A stretch of 64,000 nucleotides of DNA from Okamejei kenojei (lineage: Eukaryota): the NCBI GenBank assembly GCA_035221665.1, contig CM069135.1:58962001-59026000 (forward strand). The letters run 5' to 3'. Position numbers and translations under genes: made by a program. The notes under the pieces are model-generated. The model saw nothing but the letters and a program-made list of their open reading frames with translations. It had not been told where the DNA came from and did no database searches. Below, one piece after another: positions 1 through 12,944 of the stretch. Positions within the stretch are counted from its first letter, which is position 1. Each line of letters opens with the position of its first letter.

Positions 1-177
1 ATTTCCGACATTTCCCAACTATTCCTTGACCTCATCATCTCTATTGCAGGTGATACACTCCTGACCGACATCCACTACAAACCCACTGACTCCCACAGCT
101 ACCTGGACTACACTTCCTCCCACCCTGCTTCCTGTAAGGACTCCATCCCCTATTCCCAATTCCTCCATCTACGCCGC

Positions 178-657
178 ATAGAAACAAAGAAACATAGAAA
201 TTAGGTGCAGGAGCAGGCTATTCGGTCCTTCGAGCCTGCACCGCCATTCAATATGATCATGGCTGATCATCCAACTCAGTATCCTGTACCTGCCTTCTCT
301 CCATACCCCCTCATCCCTTCAGCCACAAGGGCCACATCCAACTCCCTCTTAAATATGGCCAACGAACTGGCCTCAACTACCTTCTGTGGCAGAGAATTCC
401 ACAGATTCACCATTCTCTGTGTGAAAAACGATCTTCTCATCTCGGTCCTAAAAGACTTCCCCCTTATCCTTAAATTGTGACCCCTTGTCCTGGACTTCCC
501 CAACATCGGGAACAATCTTCCTGCATCTAGCCTGTCCAACCCCTTAAGAATTTTGTAAGTCTCTATGGGATCACCCCTCAATCTTATAAATTCCAGCGAG
601 TACAAGCCAAGTCTATCCAATCTTTCTTCATATGGCAGTCGTGCCATCCCAGGAATC
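178..657 (-). mobile_element. CR1 LINE 3' fragment inserted in the Penelope element
   Basis: ORF 276-647 (LPYEERLDRLGLYSLE..RGHNLRI..FFTQR.VNLWNSLP) and a (TTTCTATG)-type tail at 178-200; the host frame rejoins across it. Confidence 0.92.
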
Positions 658-1672
658 TACTCCCAGGATGAGGTGTTCCACACCAGGTCATCACAAATGG
701 CCTCATTCTTCAGAGAACGGGGATTCCCCTCCCCCACTATTGATGAGGCTCGCACCAGGGTCTCCTCCATACCCCGCAACACTGCCCTCTCTCCCCATTC
801 CCCCACTCGCAAACAGGGCAGAGTCCCCCTGGTCCTCACCTTTCACCCCACCAGCCGGCAAATACAACACATAGTCCTCCGCCAGTTTCGCCACCTCCAA
901 CGTGACCCCTCCACTCGCCACATCTTCCCATCTCCCCCCCGTCTGCCTTCCGCAAAGACCGCTCCCTCCGCAACTCCCTTGTCAATTCTTCCCTTCCCTC
1001 CCGCTCTACCCCTTCCCCGGGCACTTTCCCTTGCAACCGCAAGAAATGCCACACTTGTCCCTTCACCTTCCCCCTCCACTCCTTTCAGGGACCCAAGCAG
1101 TCCTTCCAGGTCCGACAGAGGTTCACCTGCACCTCCTCCAACCTCATCTACTGCATCCGCTGCTCCAGATGCCAGATGATCTATATCGGTGAGACCAAGC
1201 GGAGGCTTGGCGATCGTTTCGCCGAACACCTCCGCTCGGTCCGCAATGACCAAGCCGACCTCCCGGTGGCTCAGCACTTCAACTGCCCCTCCCATTCCGT
1301 ATCCGACCTCTCGGTCCTGGGCCTCCTCCACGGCCAGAGTGAGCAACACCGCAAGTTGGAGGAACAGCACCTCATATTCCGCTTGGGGAGTCTGCATCCT
1401 CTGGGCTTGAACATTGAATTTTCTCAATTCTGTTAACCCTTGCTGCCTCCTCCCCTTCCCACCTCTCCCTCAGCCCTCGGGCCCTGGCATTCCCTCTCTC
1501 TCTATCTCCCTCCCCCACCCTAATCGCACTAGCTTCCCATTTTCACACCACAAACAGCTTACAATGGCTTGTTCCCTTTATCATCGATACTTTTTTGCAT
1601 ATCTTTCATTCATTGTTCTTTATCTCTCCACATCACCGTCTATACCTCTCGTTTCCCTGATCCCTGACCAGT

Positions 1673-1700
1673 CTGAAGAAGGGTCTTGACCCGAAACGTC
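1673..1700 (+). ncRNA. Minimal hammerhead ribozyme motif of the Penelope 3' repeat
   Basis: CTGAAGA-A-GGGTC-tt-GACCC-GAAAC-GTC gives the CUGANGA core, stem II, GAAA and a GUC cleavage triplet. Confidence 0.7.
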
Positions 1701-2254
1701 GCCTATCTCCTTCGCTCCTTAGATGCTGCTGCACCCGCTGAGTTTCTCCAGCCTTTTGTGTACCCGGGATTATCTATTTGTTGTTTACAGTTATTTAGAG
1801 TAAAATTTATTCATGGGGCTTAAAATCAGAAAAAAGCAACAACTTCATTTATATTTATGTAGCACCATCATGGAAAGATTTTCCGGGTGCTTCAGAGGTG
1901 TAATCAAAAATAGATAGTGTGGAAAATATATGGCATATCTGACATGACCAAAAGCTTGATTAAAGTGGTGTATGAGAGCAAATTGGACAATGGTTCATGT
2001 TGAGAGTGATTTTCAGCAGAGATTTGGCTGTTATTGGAGTAAATGAAGGCAGAACACATTGGCAGCTGCAGAGAGTGTTGTAGGACTGGAGGACAATAAT
2101 GCCATGATGATTACCATTTTAAATTTGAGGTATTGGATGATGAGCGAGATACATGTGAAGAGACAAAGAGATTGGGAAAGATACATGTAATAGTCAATGG
2201 GAATTAGAAGAAAAAATGTGCCGGGAGATTGCAGACAGCTGCAGGTCAAATAAG

Positions 2255-4710
2255 GTTGTTGCAGAGGGGATTTTAACTTTCCCACTATACAATGGGAAAA
2301 TCATAGCGTGAAGAGTTCAGATGGGGTGCAATTTCACAAAAGTGTTCAAGGGAGTCTTCTTAAACAGTATGTGGAGGCCCCCACACATGAGAGGGCAACG
2401 CTGAATCTAGTATTGGGAAATTGGGATGGGCAAGTCAATGAGGTGTGTATGGAGGAGCCTTTTGGGACCAGTGACCACAGTTCGATTAGGTTTAAGATAA
2501 TTATGGATAGGGACAGAGAGGGACCACATGTTAAAATGCTCAACTGGGGTAAGGCCAACTTTGAGGGTATGAAAGAAGTTCTCACTCCAAGATGACTGGA
2601 GCAGGTTATTAGAGGGGAAAGGAACATCAGCCAAGTGGGATTTTTTTTAAAGTGTACTGAAGAAAGCTCAGGATGTGTGTGTCCACGTTAGAGTGAAGGG
2701 CAAAGGAAGCAAACGTAAGGAAGCTTGGCTGATGAGGGAAATTGAGATGTTAGTCAAAAACAAGGACGATGCATAGGGCAGGGATAGGCAGCTGGGATCA
2801 AGTGCATCCCTGAAGGAGTTTTGGGAATCAGGGAGTAAACTAAAAAAGAAAATCAGAAGTGCAAAAAGGGACCAGGAGATAGCTCTGGTGGGTAGCATTA
2901 AGGACAATCCCAAAATATGTTATAAATACATAAGGGGGAAAAGGGTAACTAGAGAGAGAGTGGGACCTCTCAGGAATCAAAGTGGTCACCTCTGTGTGGC
3001 GCCACAGATGGGCAATGACCTCAATCAGTATTTCTCCTCCGTATTTACCGAGGATAAGGACAGTAGGACGAAGGAAATCGGAGCAGTCACCAGAAGTGTC
3101 TCCAGAGCAGTCAGGGTTACTGCCGAAGAAGTACTAAAGGTACTGTCGTGTTTGAAGGTAGACAAATCTCCAGGGCCTGATCTGATATATCCAAGGACAT
3201 TGTGGGAAACTAGAGAGGAAATTGCGGGAGCCCTGCTTGAAATTTACGAGTCGTCCTTAAATACAGGAGAGGTGCCGGAAGACTGGAGGGTGGCAAGTGT
3301 GGTACCTCATTTCAAGAAGGACTGCAGGGAAAATGCTGGGAACTATAGGCCGGTGAGCTTAACATCTGTAGATGGTAAGTTACTGGAGAGTATTCTGAGG
3401 ATTAGATATACAGGCATTTGGATGGGCAAGGGCTGATTAGGGATGGTCAGCATGGTTTTGTACGTGGGAGGTCGTGTCTCACAAGACGGGACCAAAAAGG
3501 TTGATGAGGGCAGAGCTGTAGATGTTGTGTACATGGACTTCAGTTAGGCGTTCAAAAAGGTTTTGCATGGCAGGCTGTTCTGGAAGGATAGATCGCATGG
3601 GATCCAAGGAGAGATACCTGAATGGATAGTAAATTGGCTCCATGGAAGGAAGCAGAGGGTAATGGTGGAAGGTTGCTTCTCAGACTGGATGCCTGTGACT
3701 AGTGGTGTGCCTCAGGGTTCGGTGCTGGGCCCGTTACTGTTTATCATCTCCATCAATGATTTGGATGAGAACATACAGGGCAAGATTAGCAAGTTTGCTG
3801 ATGATACAAAAGTTAGCGGTTTTGCAGATAGTGAGGCTGGTTGTGAACGATTGCAGCAGGATCTGGATCGATTGGCCAGGTGGGCGGAGGAATGGTTAAT
3901 TAAATTTAATACAGAGAAGTGTGAAGTGTTGCATTTTGGGACGTCGAACAAGGGCAGGACTTACACAATAAATGGTAGGCCTCTGGGTAGTGTTGTAGAG
4001 CAAGGGGATATAGGAGTATAGGTGCATGGTTCCTTGAAGGTCGAGTCATAGTTAGATAAGGTGGTCAAGAAGGATTTTGGCACTTTAACCTTCATCAGTC
4101 AGAGTATTGAGTATAGAAATTGGGAAGTCATGTTGCAGTTGTATAAGACATTGGTGAGACCACATTTAGAATATTGTGTTCAGTTCTAGGCACCATGTTA
4201 TAGAAAATATATTGTTAAGCTTGAAAGGGTTCAGAAAAGAATTACGAGGATGTTGCCAGGACTAGAGGGTGTGAGCTCTCGGGAGAGGTTGAGTAGGCTG
4301 GGTCTCTATTCCATGGTGCACAGGAGGATGAGAGGAGATCTTATAAAGTTATACAAAATCATGAGAGGAATAGATCGGGTAGATGCACAGAGTCTCTTGC
4401 CCATTGTAGGCGAATCAAGGACCAGAGGACACAGGTTTAAGGTGAAGGGGATCTAATAGGAATTTAAGGAGTAACATTTTCACCCAAAAGGGTGGTGAGT
4501 GTATGGAACAAGCTGCCAGAGAAGGTAGCTGTGGCAGGGACTATCCCAATGTTTAAGAAGCGGTTAGACAGGTACATGGATAGGACAGGTTTGGAGGGAT
4601 ATGGACCATGCGCAGGCAGGTGGGACTAGTGTAGCTGGGATATGTTGGCTGGTGTGGGCAAGTTGGACCAAAGGCCTGTTTCTACACTTTTTCACTCTAT
4701 GATTCTATGA
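2255..4710 (+). mobile_element. CR1 LINE ORF2 remnant (end of APE endonuclease, RT, 3' UTR), degenerate
   Basis: [40 protein letters not shown] and KFADDTK motifs with stops and frameshifts; tail 'ctctatgattctatga'. Confidence 0.92.
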
Positions 4711-4714
4711 CGTG

Positions 4715-5068
4715 CATTTTGACCTCATAGCCAGCGTAGATCAGGTAGTTGCACAGAGTCTTTTGTCCAGAGTAGGGGAATCGAGGACCAGAGGACATAG
4801 GTTCAAGGTGAAGGGGAAAAGATTTAATAGGAATCCGAGGGGTAACTTTTTCCACACAAAGGGTGGTGGGTGTATGGAACAAGCTGCCAGAGGAGGTAGT
4901 TGAGGCTGGGTTTTAAGGAACAGTTAGACAGGTACATGGATAATTCAGGTTTGGAGGGATATGGACCAAGCGCAGGCAAGAGGGACTAGTGTAGCAGAGA
5001 CATTGTTGGCCGGTGTGGGCGAGTTGGGCCGAAAGGCCTGTTTCCACACTGTATCACTCTGAGTCTTT
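4715..5068 (+). mobile_element. Second CR1 3' fragment
   Basis: RVGESRTRGHRFKVKG..GNFF motif and a 3' UTR matching 4400-4710. Confidence 0.85.
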
Positions 5069-5229
5069 TGTGTACTTTGTACGCAAAAACAAATAATTTA
5101 ACTGCACCTAGCTAGGTACAAGTGACAATAAACTATCACCATCATCATCATCAGAGCGACGTGTTTTCCAAACACACTTTGCACAACAAAAATGTCAGAA
5201 TACTTACTTGACTTTTTTATTCAATGTTT

Positions 5230-5371
5230 CTTCTTCTTCTTCTTTCATGTCGCGTGCACAGCCTAAAGTTGTTGGACAACTTGTTCTATTTGATCTTCCG
5301 TTTGTGCACGTCGAGTTGATTACATTAGTCGAAACAGGGCGGACCACGTGAAGGTTGCAATCTTCCACCCC
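5230..5371 (-). mobile_element. 142-bp non-autonomous retroelement: HDV-like ribozyme head, LINE C-terminal codons and (AAG)n tail
   Basis: TSD attcaatgttt (5219-5229) / attcaatattt (5372-5382); minus strand ends ..gaaagaagaagaagaag; internal TEDQIEQVVQQL* with stop at 5263-5265. Confidence 0.8.
5318..5371 (-). ncRNA. Minimal HDV-like self-cleaving ribozyme (predicted)
   Basis: P1 GGGGTGG/CCGCCCT (G1-U wobble), P2 GATTGCA/TGTAATC, P3 ACC/GGT, L3 TTCACGT, vestigial P4 (T-TTCG-A) and J4/2 CTAA. Confidence 0.8.
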
Positions 5372-7149
5372 ATTCAATATTTAATATGTTTAGCGTAGCA
5401 ATACAAAGCAAATAAGAAAAAAAGATACTCCTTCATATAGATGTCAATTTCAACAGCCCGTCAGCAAGTTTTAAAAATTGGAAAGCTCAGAGGGTTTTGA
5501 AGTCCTAGCCATATTGGGTTGCAGTAATGATTCTCGATTACTGCTGTAAGCCTCTCTCCAAAACCTCTGTCACATTGCTTTAGATCCAGACATTTTACTT
5601 CTATTAATTATTTGTCTACTTAGTAATTTAGTAGGCAGATTGGGCAGGTACTTTCCATTTCTCTTCCTTCATTAATGGTAATAACGTAAATAATGTTTAT
5701 AATTTAGAACTCAAAATGAATAATTTGACTTCAGAAAATCTTGAGTTGAGACCTAAAGGCTATTGGCAGCCTAATGGAAATACAGCATAAATCTTCAGTC
5801 ATTACTGTTCGGCACTTTTAAATTAAATAGGCTTGGACTACAAATTGTTTTATTCTGTAAATCTTCCTACATCATTTGGACTGTAAAAAAACTCAAAAGG
5901 CCTACAACAGTACTTTTTAAGCCTTGAGATAATGTAACGAGAGGATAATATATTCCTTCATGACTTGTAGGCAGTAATTCAATTTCAGGATTGAGATGAT
6001 GCCATAATCCACACAAGGTTTCTCCCTTGCTGGAGATGGGGGGGGGTTGTTGAAAGTAAAACATGCTTGCCAATAGTTTTTGAACTAACTCTGAGGAACA
6101 TCTCTTGGTCTGGACAGCTATCAAGTAAAAGTTGTTCCATAGTGTAGCCCGAGGGAAATTTAGCAGCTGCTGAATCCATTGTGTACCAGCCCAAGCTGTG
6201 GATTTTCTATGGGGACTGGTGGGGGGTGAGCTGTCAGGTACCCCAATTGTAACCTTGTGACGTTGGTGGAAGAAGAGCTGAGGGATTGGCACTCTTGCAT
6301 GTAGGAGACTGATGTGGCATGATTAAATATAGGAATGGTTCTAATGCACCACATCCTAAAACAGTAGAATTGTTTCTCTAATATACCCAGCTCACCCCTC
6401 CCACACCTGTGTCCATAATACCGCCAATTTTATTTAAATTAAATAAGCCACACTGACACCAGATATTACAGAGAAGTGTGGAGTGGAACTCATTCTTTCC
6501 TGTACCACTAACTTTGTCCGGGAGGACCCAAGAAATATTGGTCTCAAGTTCTTCCAAATCCTCAAATTGACTTCCACCATTGCTGCAAAATGGTTTTCAT
6601 TCTTGTGGTTCCTCTGTGAAGTGGATGAGAGGAAAGCCACCAAGTCAACGTTGTTAATTATTATCAGACACGTGTACTTGGGAAAACAAGTTACAGACAC
6701 AATTGATAGGCTCAGTAATTAAGCATCCTAAAATCTAATCATGACAGCTGTAACATAAACAGCAGAGCCCAGGTACGTCAGCTACTTATTGTCGTGCTTT
6801 TATGTAAGTGATAAAGAACTGACTATTCATTGAGGAATCGACTAATCTTGCAAAATGACTGATTGCAAGATCTGTCAAGAGCAGAGACTGTGCGGATTGT
6901 TTCCATCATGTGAACCCTCTGGGACATTACCATTAAAATTAATGAATGGAAAATCCCTGGCAATGGTTCAAAATTCCACAAGATGCACTCCATGTATGCC
7001 CTATTGCTGCAGGCAGGGGTCAATTGCAGAAGCACCCTCCATGTTTCAAAGATTTTAGCATTTTGGGGAAAAGGAGTTATTAATCCACTAATCAGTAGTT
7101 GTTTTGAAAAAGGTACAGAAGTGCAACAAAGCGGTAACGAAGATGGCGG

Positions 7150-9916
7150 GTTGTGCAGTCTCAATTCTGGAGAGTTCTGACATGGCTCACAAGTCCAATT
7201 CGTGAACAGCACACTCAAGGGCAATGGGGGCAGATGAAGGTCATTGCTGGCAGCCTTCCTCCTCTCCCTGGCTTTGGTAAGTCGCTGCAGGTGGCGCTCC
7301 TCGAAGCTGCTGGTTGCTGCTGCGCGCCAGTCGTGTTTTGTCCCTGGCGCAGGCTTCCAGTTGCTTGGACGCAAGACCACAATAGTGGAGATGGTCCTTG
7401 ACGTAATCTTTGTACCGCTTCCTGGGATGCCCACGGTTCCTTTATCCCTGGGAGAGCACGCCGTAGAAGACCTGTTGAGGCATACGGGTTTCATCCATCC
7501 TGATGACATGCCCAGTCCATCGGAGCTGTGCTTTGATGATCATTGCCTCGATGCTTGTGAAGCTGGATCTGTCCAATACTTCTAGGTTGGGCACTTTGTC
7601 CTGCCAGCGAATGCCCATGATGGACCGTAACGAGCGCATATGGAACCTCAAGTTGACGGATGTGATTCCTATACAAGGTCCACGTTTTACAGCCATAGAA
7701 CAGGCTGGAAAGCACAACTGCTTTGTTGACTTTGAGTTTAGTTGACAGCTTGATGTTGTGGTGGTTCAACACTCGTGTACGCAGTCGTCCAAGTGCTTGA
7801 CTGGCTTTGCTGATTCTCGTTGAGATTTCCTTGTCCAAGGAGCCATCAGATGATATTACACTTCAAGTAATTGAAGGAGTCAACGGCTTTCAGCTGTGTG
7901 CTGTCAAGGGGCACACTTGAGGGCGGTACTGCAGTGTCTGGAGCTGGCTGGTGGATGACTTCCGTTTTGCTTAGGCTGATTGTAAGACCAAAAACCTGTG
8001 CTGCTTCCGCAAATTTGGTCACATTGAACTGGAGGTCAGACTCCTCGTGAGCCATGAGGGCGCAGTCATCCGCAAAAAGGGCTTTGGGAATGAGCCGCTC
8101 GTGTGTTTTGGTTTTGCGTTCAGTCGTCAAAGGTCAAAGAGAGATCTGTCCAGACGGTACATTAGGTACATGCCAAGGTCGAGGTCCTGGAGGGCGTGAC
8201 TCAAGACGCAGCTGAAGAAGAGTACAGGGGACAGAATGGCTACCTTGCTTCACTCCATTGGAGATGTTGAAAGGTGCAGAAGTTTTGCCGTTGACCAGAA
8301 CTGTTCCTGTCATGCCATCATGGAAGAGGTGGATGATCTGGATACATTTTCTTGGGCAGCCGAGCTTGTGAAGTATAAAATACAGAGCCTCCCGGTTAAC
8401 CGTGTCAAAGGCATTTGTCAGGTCGATGAAGACTGTGCAGAGGTCCATCTACTGCTCAATGGATTTTTCCTGTACCTGTCTCACCGTGAAGATCATATCA
8501 GCAGTGCTGCGACCAGGTCTGAAACCACACTGAGACTCCCGCAAGCTTGCTTCCATGACCTTATTGATTAGGCAGTTGAAGATGACACGGGTTAGTATCT
8601 TTCCAGTGACGGACAACAAGGAGATGCCTCGGTAGTTGCCACAATCGCTTTGCTACCTTTGTATTTGAACAAGGAGACAACAGTAGCATCCCTGAATTCA
8701 TCAGGCATACTTTCTGTCTCACAGATGCTGGACAAGATGTTGTGGAAAGTGTCTCAGGACCTGCTGCCTTGTAGAGTTCATTATGGATTCCGTCCATGCC
8801 TGATGCCTTGCTTGTGCTGGTTTGACTGGTGGCCTTCTTGATCTCTTCCAAAGATTGGTGGAGGTCAAGGTCGTCAAGTGTTGGCTTTTGTGGGATCTGG
8901 TCGAGAGCGACTGGGTCAACGGCAGAGGGTCTATTGAGTAGGTTGGCGAGGTGTTCTCGCCATCTGTCTGAGATGCTGCTTTTATCCTTGAGCAGGGTTC
9001 TGCCGTTAGCTGCAAGGAGGGGGGGGGGGAGGATATCAGCTTGGGTGGACCATACACAACCTTGATCAAGCTGAAAAACTGCTTAGAGTTGTTCGTGTCT
9101 GCGTAATGTTGAACTTTGTCAGCTTTACTCGCCCATCAGCTGTCTTGCATCTCTCGTAGCTCCTTCTGTGCCTTGCTCTGCAGGTGTTTCAAGCGATTAT
9201 TTTTAGAGTGGAGGATACGTCGTTCTGCCACTCGATGAATGCCTTGTGTTTCTCCTCCAGGAGTTTGGAAATTTCATCATTGTTTACATCAAACCAGTCC
9301 TGGTGCACTCGCTCCTTGCGTCCAAGCACATCCTTAGCTGACTGTCATCAGCTCTTTGAACTGGTTTCACTTTTCAGTTGGGTCGCCTGTCAGTGGTCCA
9401 TAAGCAGTCAGCTTGTTGACTGGTACTTCTCAGTGACGTCTGGTCGTTTGAGCATCTCAGTGTTGAATGATGCACGGAGATGCTTAGATGTCTTACGCTG
9501 TGGCAGAGGGATGTGCAGGTTGAAAATTGACCTGACCAATCTGTGATCCGTCCAACACTCAGCTCCCCGCATGGCCTTAGTTATCTTAACGTCACGGATG
9601 GTCCGCCTGCGGACAATGACATAGTCGATCAGATGCCATTGCTTGGACCTGGGATGCATCCACGTGGTCTTGTGCTTGTTGGCCATTCTGAAGAGGGTGT
9701 TGGTGAAGGTGAGGTCATTTTCAGCACACATACTCAGGGGGACTAGACCGTTTCCGTTCACCTTTCCAACGCCGTGAGGCCCCATCACCTGTTCCCAGCA
9801 CGGCTGTCACTGCCAACTCTGGCATTGATGTCCCCTAGCAGGAAGAGCTTGTCGCTGGCAGGGGTTTGCTTCACTACAGTCAAGGCCCTCATAGAACTTC
9901 TCTTTGACCTCATCAC
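7150..9916 (-). mobile_element. RTE (BovB-like) LINE, 5'-truncated and degenerate
   Basis: Endonuclease motifs GPHGVGKVNGNG, TWMHPRSKQWHLIDY, TDHRLV; RT motifs FIDLTNAFDTV, GVKQG, LFADDCAL; C-terminal QLRWTGHVIRM. Confidence 0.92.
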
Positions 9917-10017
9917 TGTGTACAATAACTACATAATATAAAACGGATTGCAACATTTGGATGTAGACAGCTAAGAATATCGGAGGTAGGATGTGCTGAA
10001 GCCGGAGAGAGTCTAGA

Positions 10018-10133
10018 AGGGTTCCCAACCTGGGGTACACCCAGGGGGTAAATGTTGCCTACCCGGGGGGTAAATTTGTTGATCCTGGATTTATACATAT
10101 TTTTTCTCATTGACTGACCGTGTTTGGTCTGGG
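10018..10133. mobile_element. Truncated hAT MITE (same family as 60122-60328)
   Basis: agggttcccaacctgggg terminus after gtctag; the internal sequence is the reverse complement of part of 60122-60328. Confidence 0.65.
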
Positions 10134-10489
10134 AACAATCACTTCTAATATCAGTACAACCAACAGCCAGTAGAACAATGCCAACGACTAACAATCCAGT
10201 GGCAGATTGGCCCTTTTAAATAGTGCGGGCGAGTCCACTTTGCAACCCATGTTCACTCCAAAATAGCTAAAAAATGTTTTAGAAATTCAATCATTTTTTA
10301 CTCACCTCGGTGAATAAAAACAGAAAATGTTGGAAATGTTCAGCCATTTAGGCAGCACCAGTAGAAAGAGAAACAGTGTTAACATTTGGGATCTGTAGAC
10401 TCTTCATCAGAATCTTCCATGCTCCAGCATTTCCCAGCAAGTTCCATCATGTTAATGTGCAAGTTACCTTTGCTCAGGAAAGTTGCACA

Positions 10490-10592
10490 AAAAAAGAAGG
10501 AACTGCAGATGCTGGAGAATCGAGGGTTACACAAAAAGCTGGAGAAACTCAGCGGGTGCAGCAGCATCTAAGGAGCGAAGGAGATAGGCGAC
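10490..10592 (-). repeat. Penelope 3'-repeat fragment
   Basis: Reverse complement of 1697-1765 and 20637-20740. Confidence 0.8.
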
Positions 10593-12199
10593 ATGCACAG
10601 AAAATGTAGTTCTGTTGCTTTGATTGTACAGTTGCCTTATATTGCCATCTAGTGAAATGCTGGGCTCCTGATTTATTAAAATCAACTTTCACAATAGGAC
10701 TATTTTATGCATGATCATTGATTTCAAAAGCTATCCTTTGCAACCCATGAACTGTCACCAATACACATTTCAGAATATCACTCTACAATGGTTCCAATTT
10801 CTTCAAAATTACGACTAAATATTGATATAAAATTAATCCATCTCGACTGTGGAAAAGCTATTCAGTAGCAGCTTGTCATCTAATCAGTAGATACAAAGCG
10901 AATTATACCTGAAAGATCCTTTTTACTGGGATCATAAAATTATATCTATACCAGGTATAAAAATGGGGACATTTTCAAACAAAATTTATAATCACAAGAT
11001 GGAATTTAACTTTAAAGTGGGGCCTTTATAGTATTTTTACAAAACAAGCTGGATAAATAGAGATAGAAAATGCTGAAAATACTCAACTGGTCAGACAGCA
11101 TCTGTGGATTAAAGAACCTTCAATTAACAAAAAAACATCAAATTGTTCCGTGATTCTATTTTTCTTGTAGAAGCACAACCTTCATATCCATATCTCTATA
11201 CTTATAAAACTATGATCTTGGATGTGTGTGTGTGTGTGCGTGCTTGCGTGTGTAAGTTATTAATGAAAATGTTCAAAAATCTGACAAAACTTTGAATTTA
11301 AAAATGACTCTTTTGCTGATGACGTCACAATGGGTCTGCATGTCTTCTTCCTCGTGCATCACCTCCCCCCCCCCCCCCCCGTTATTCAAAAGACGCGGCC
11401 GTAGATGAAATCGCGCCTGGACTGAAGACCAAAGATCATAGCTGAAGACTGCGGCGGCTCAACTCACAGTTCTTTGGTCGATGCTCGCTCGCTCGCCCCC
11501 TTGCTCGGGGTCCTCGTGTCGGCGCATGGTGGGGAGTTTGCTGCCGCTCTCTGCCTATCGCTTCCCTCTCGCTGCACTCCGCCTCTTCCTCTGTCCTTGC
11601 CCTCTGCCCTGCCCTCTGTCTGCTGCCCCTATCCTGTGCCTCTGCCCTTTGGCCCCTGCCTCTACCTGTTGCTTCTGTCCGCTACCTCTGTCCTCTGGCC
11701 CTGCCTCTTTTCCTGCCCTCTGTCCTCTGCGTGCCTCTGCCCTCACTCTCTCTACCCCCCTTCCTCTCCCTCTCTAGCCGCGCCTGCGAGCTGGGGCTAT
11801 GCGTGAGTAGATAGGATGGGGGATGGGGTAAAAGGAGCGAATTAATAATATTAATATATCAAGGGAGGTGGTTATTGTGGTAAATGGCCACCCCCCCCCC
11901 CCCCCCCCGGATCTTGGATGTATATTTATTTGTGAGTGTGTGCGTTTGTTTGTGTGTAATCACATCTTCTCGAAAAAGCGACGTGCTAATAGTAAAAAAA
12001 TTACATATTCTGGCAGAGATTTATGCTGTGAAGTCAAAAATTGCCTTATCTGAAAAATTCACGCTTTATTTCTCGAATTATTAATGAAAATGTCCAAAAA
12101 TCTGAAAAAAACGTCGAGAAATCGCTGATGATGGGTTTGCGCAATGTGTTCCGCACGCTGCGAGTGATGAACGAGCTCTCGGGGCGGGTCCGTCTCGGG

Positions 12200-12930
12200 T
12201 CCCTCTCCCCCCTCCTCCTCCTCTACCCCCCCCCCCTCTCCCACCCCCTGCTCTCCCCCTCCTCCTCCTCTCTCCTCCCCTCTCTCCCCGGCATCTCTTC
12301 TCTCTCCCCTTCTATCCCCCTCCTCCACCTCCCCCTCTTCCTCTCCCCCATCCTCCCTCCCCCCACTCCTCCCCTCTCCCACTCCCCCCTCTCCCCCCCT
12401 CCTCCTCTCTCCCCCCCAATCCCCTTCCCCTCCGGCCTCTCTCCTCTCCCCTCTCTCTCTCCCCTCTCACCCCCCTCTCTCTCCCCCCTCTCCTCTCCCC
12501 ACCACTCTCCTCTCCCCTACCCTTCTCCCCTCGCCTCTCCCCTCTCCCCCTCTCTCACCCCCCTCTCTCTCCCCCCTCCTCTCCTCTCCCTGCCACTCTC
12601 CTCTCTCCCCCCTCCTCTCCTCTCCCCTACCCTTCTCTCCCCTCACCTCTCCCCTCTCCGCCCCTCTGCCCCCATCTCTCACCCCCCCTGCCCCCCCCTC
12701 CTCTCCCCCCACTTCCCTCCCTCCACTTCTCTCCCCCCCTCCTCTCTTCTCTCCCCCGTCCTCTCCCCCCCACCTCTCTACCCCCCCTCTCCACCGCCCC
12801 ACCCTCTCTCCCCCCCGAGCCCCTCCCTCTGCCTCTGCCCCTCTCTCTCTGTCTCTGCCCCCTCTATCTGCCCTCTCTCTCTGTCTCTGCCCCCTCTATC
12901 TGCCTCTCTCTCTACCCCCCCTCCCTCTCT
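12200..12930 (+). repeat. Low-complexity C/T-rich tract
   Basis: About 730 bp almost entirely pyrimidine. Confidence 0.95.
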
Positions 12931-12944
12931 AGACGTGCCTGTGA

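Larger units (their letters stand above)
1..1765 (+). mobile_element. Penelope-like retroelement 3' part (RT C-terminus, GIY-YIG endonuclease, 3' repeat), interrupted by CR1
   Basis: 1-177 reads FLDLII..TDIHYKPTDSHSYLDYTSSHP..SIPYSQFLHLRR and resumes at ~655 with YSQDEVFHTR..FFRERGFP; 1176-1436 reads IYIGETKRRLGDRFAEH (GIY-YIG); frameshifted. Confidence 0.9.
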
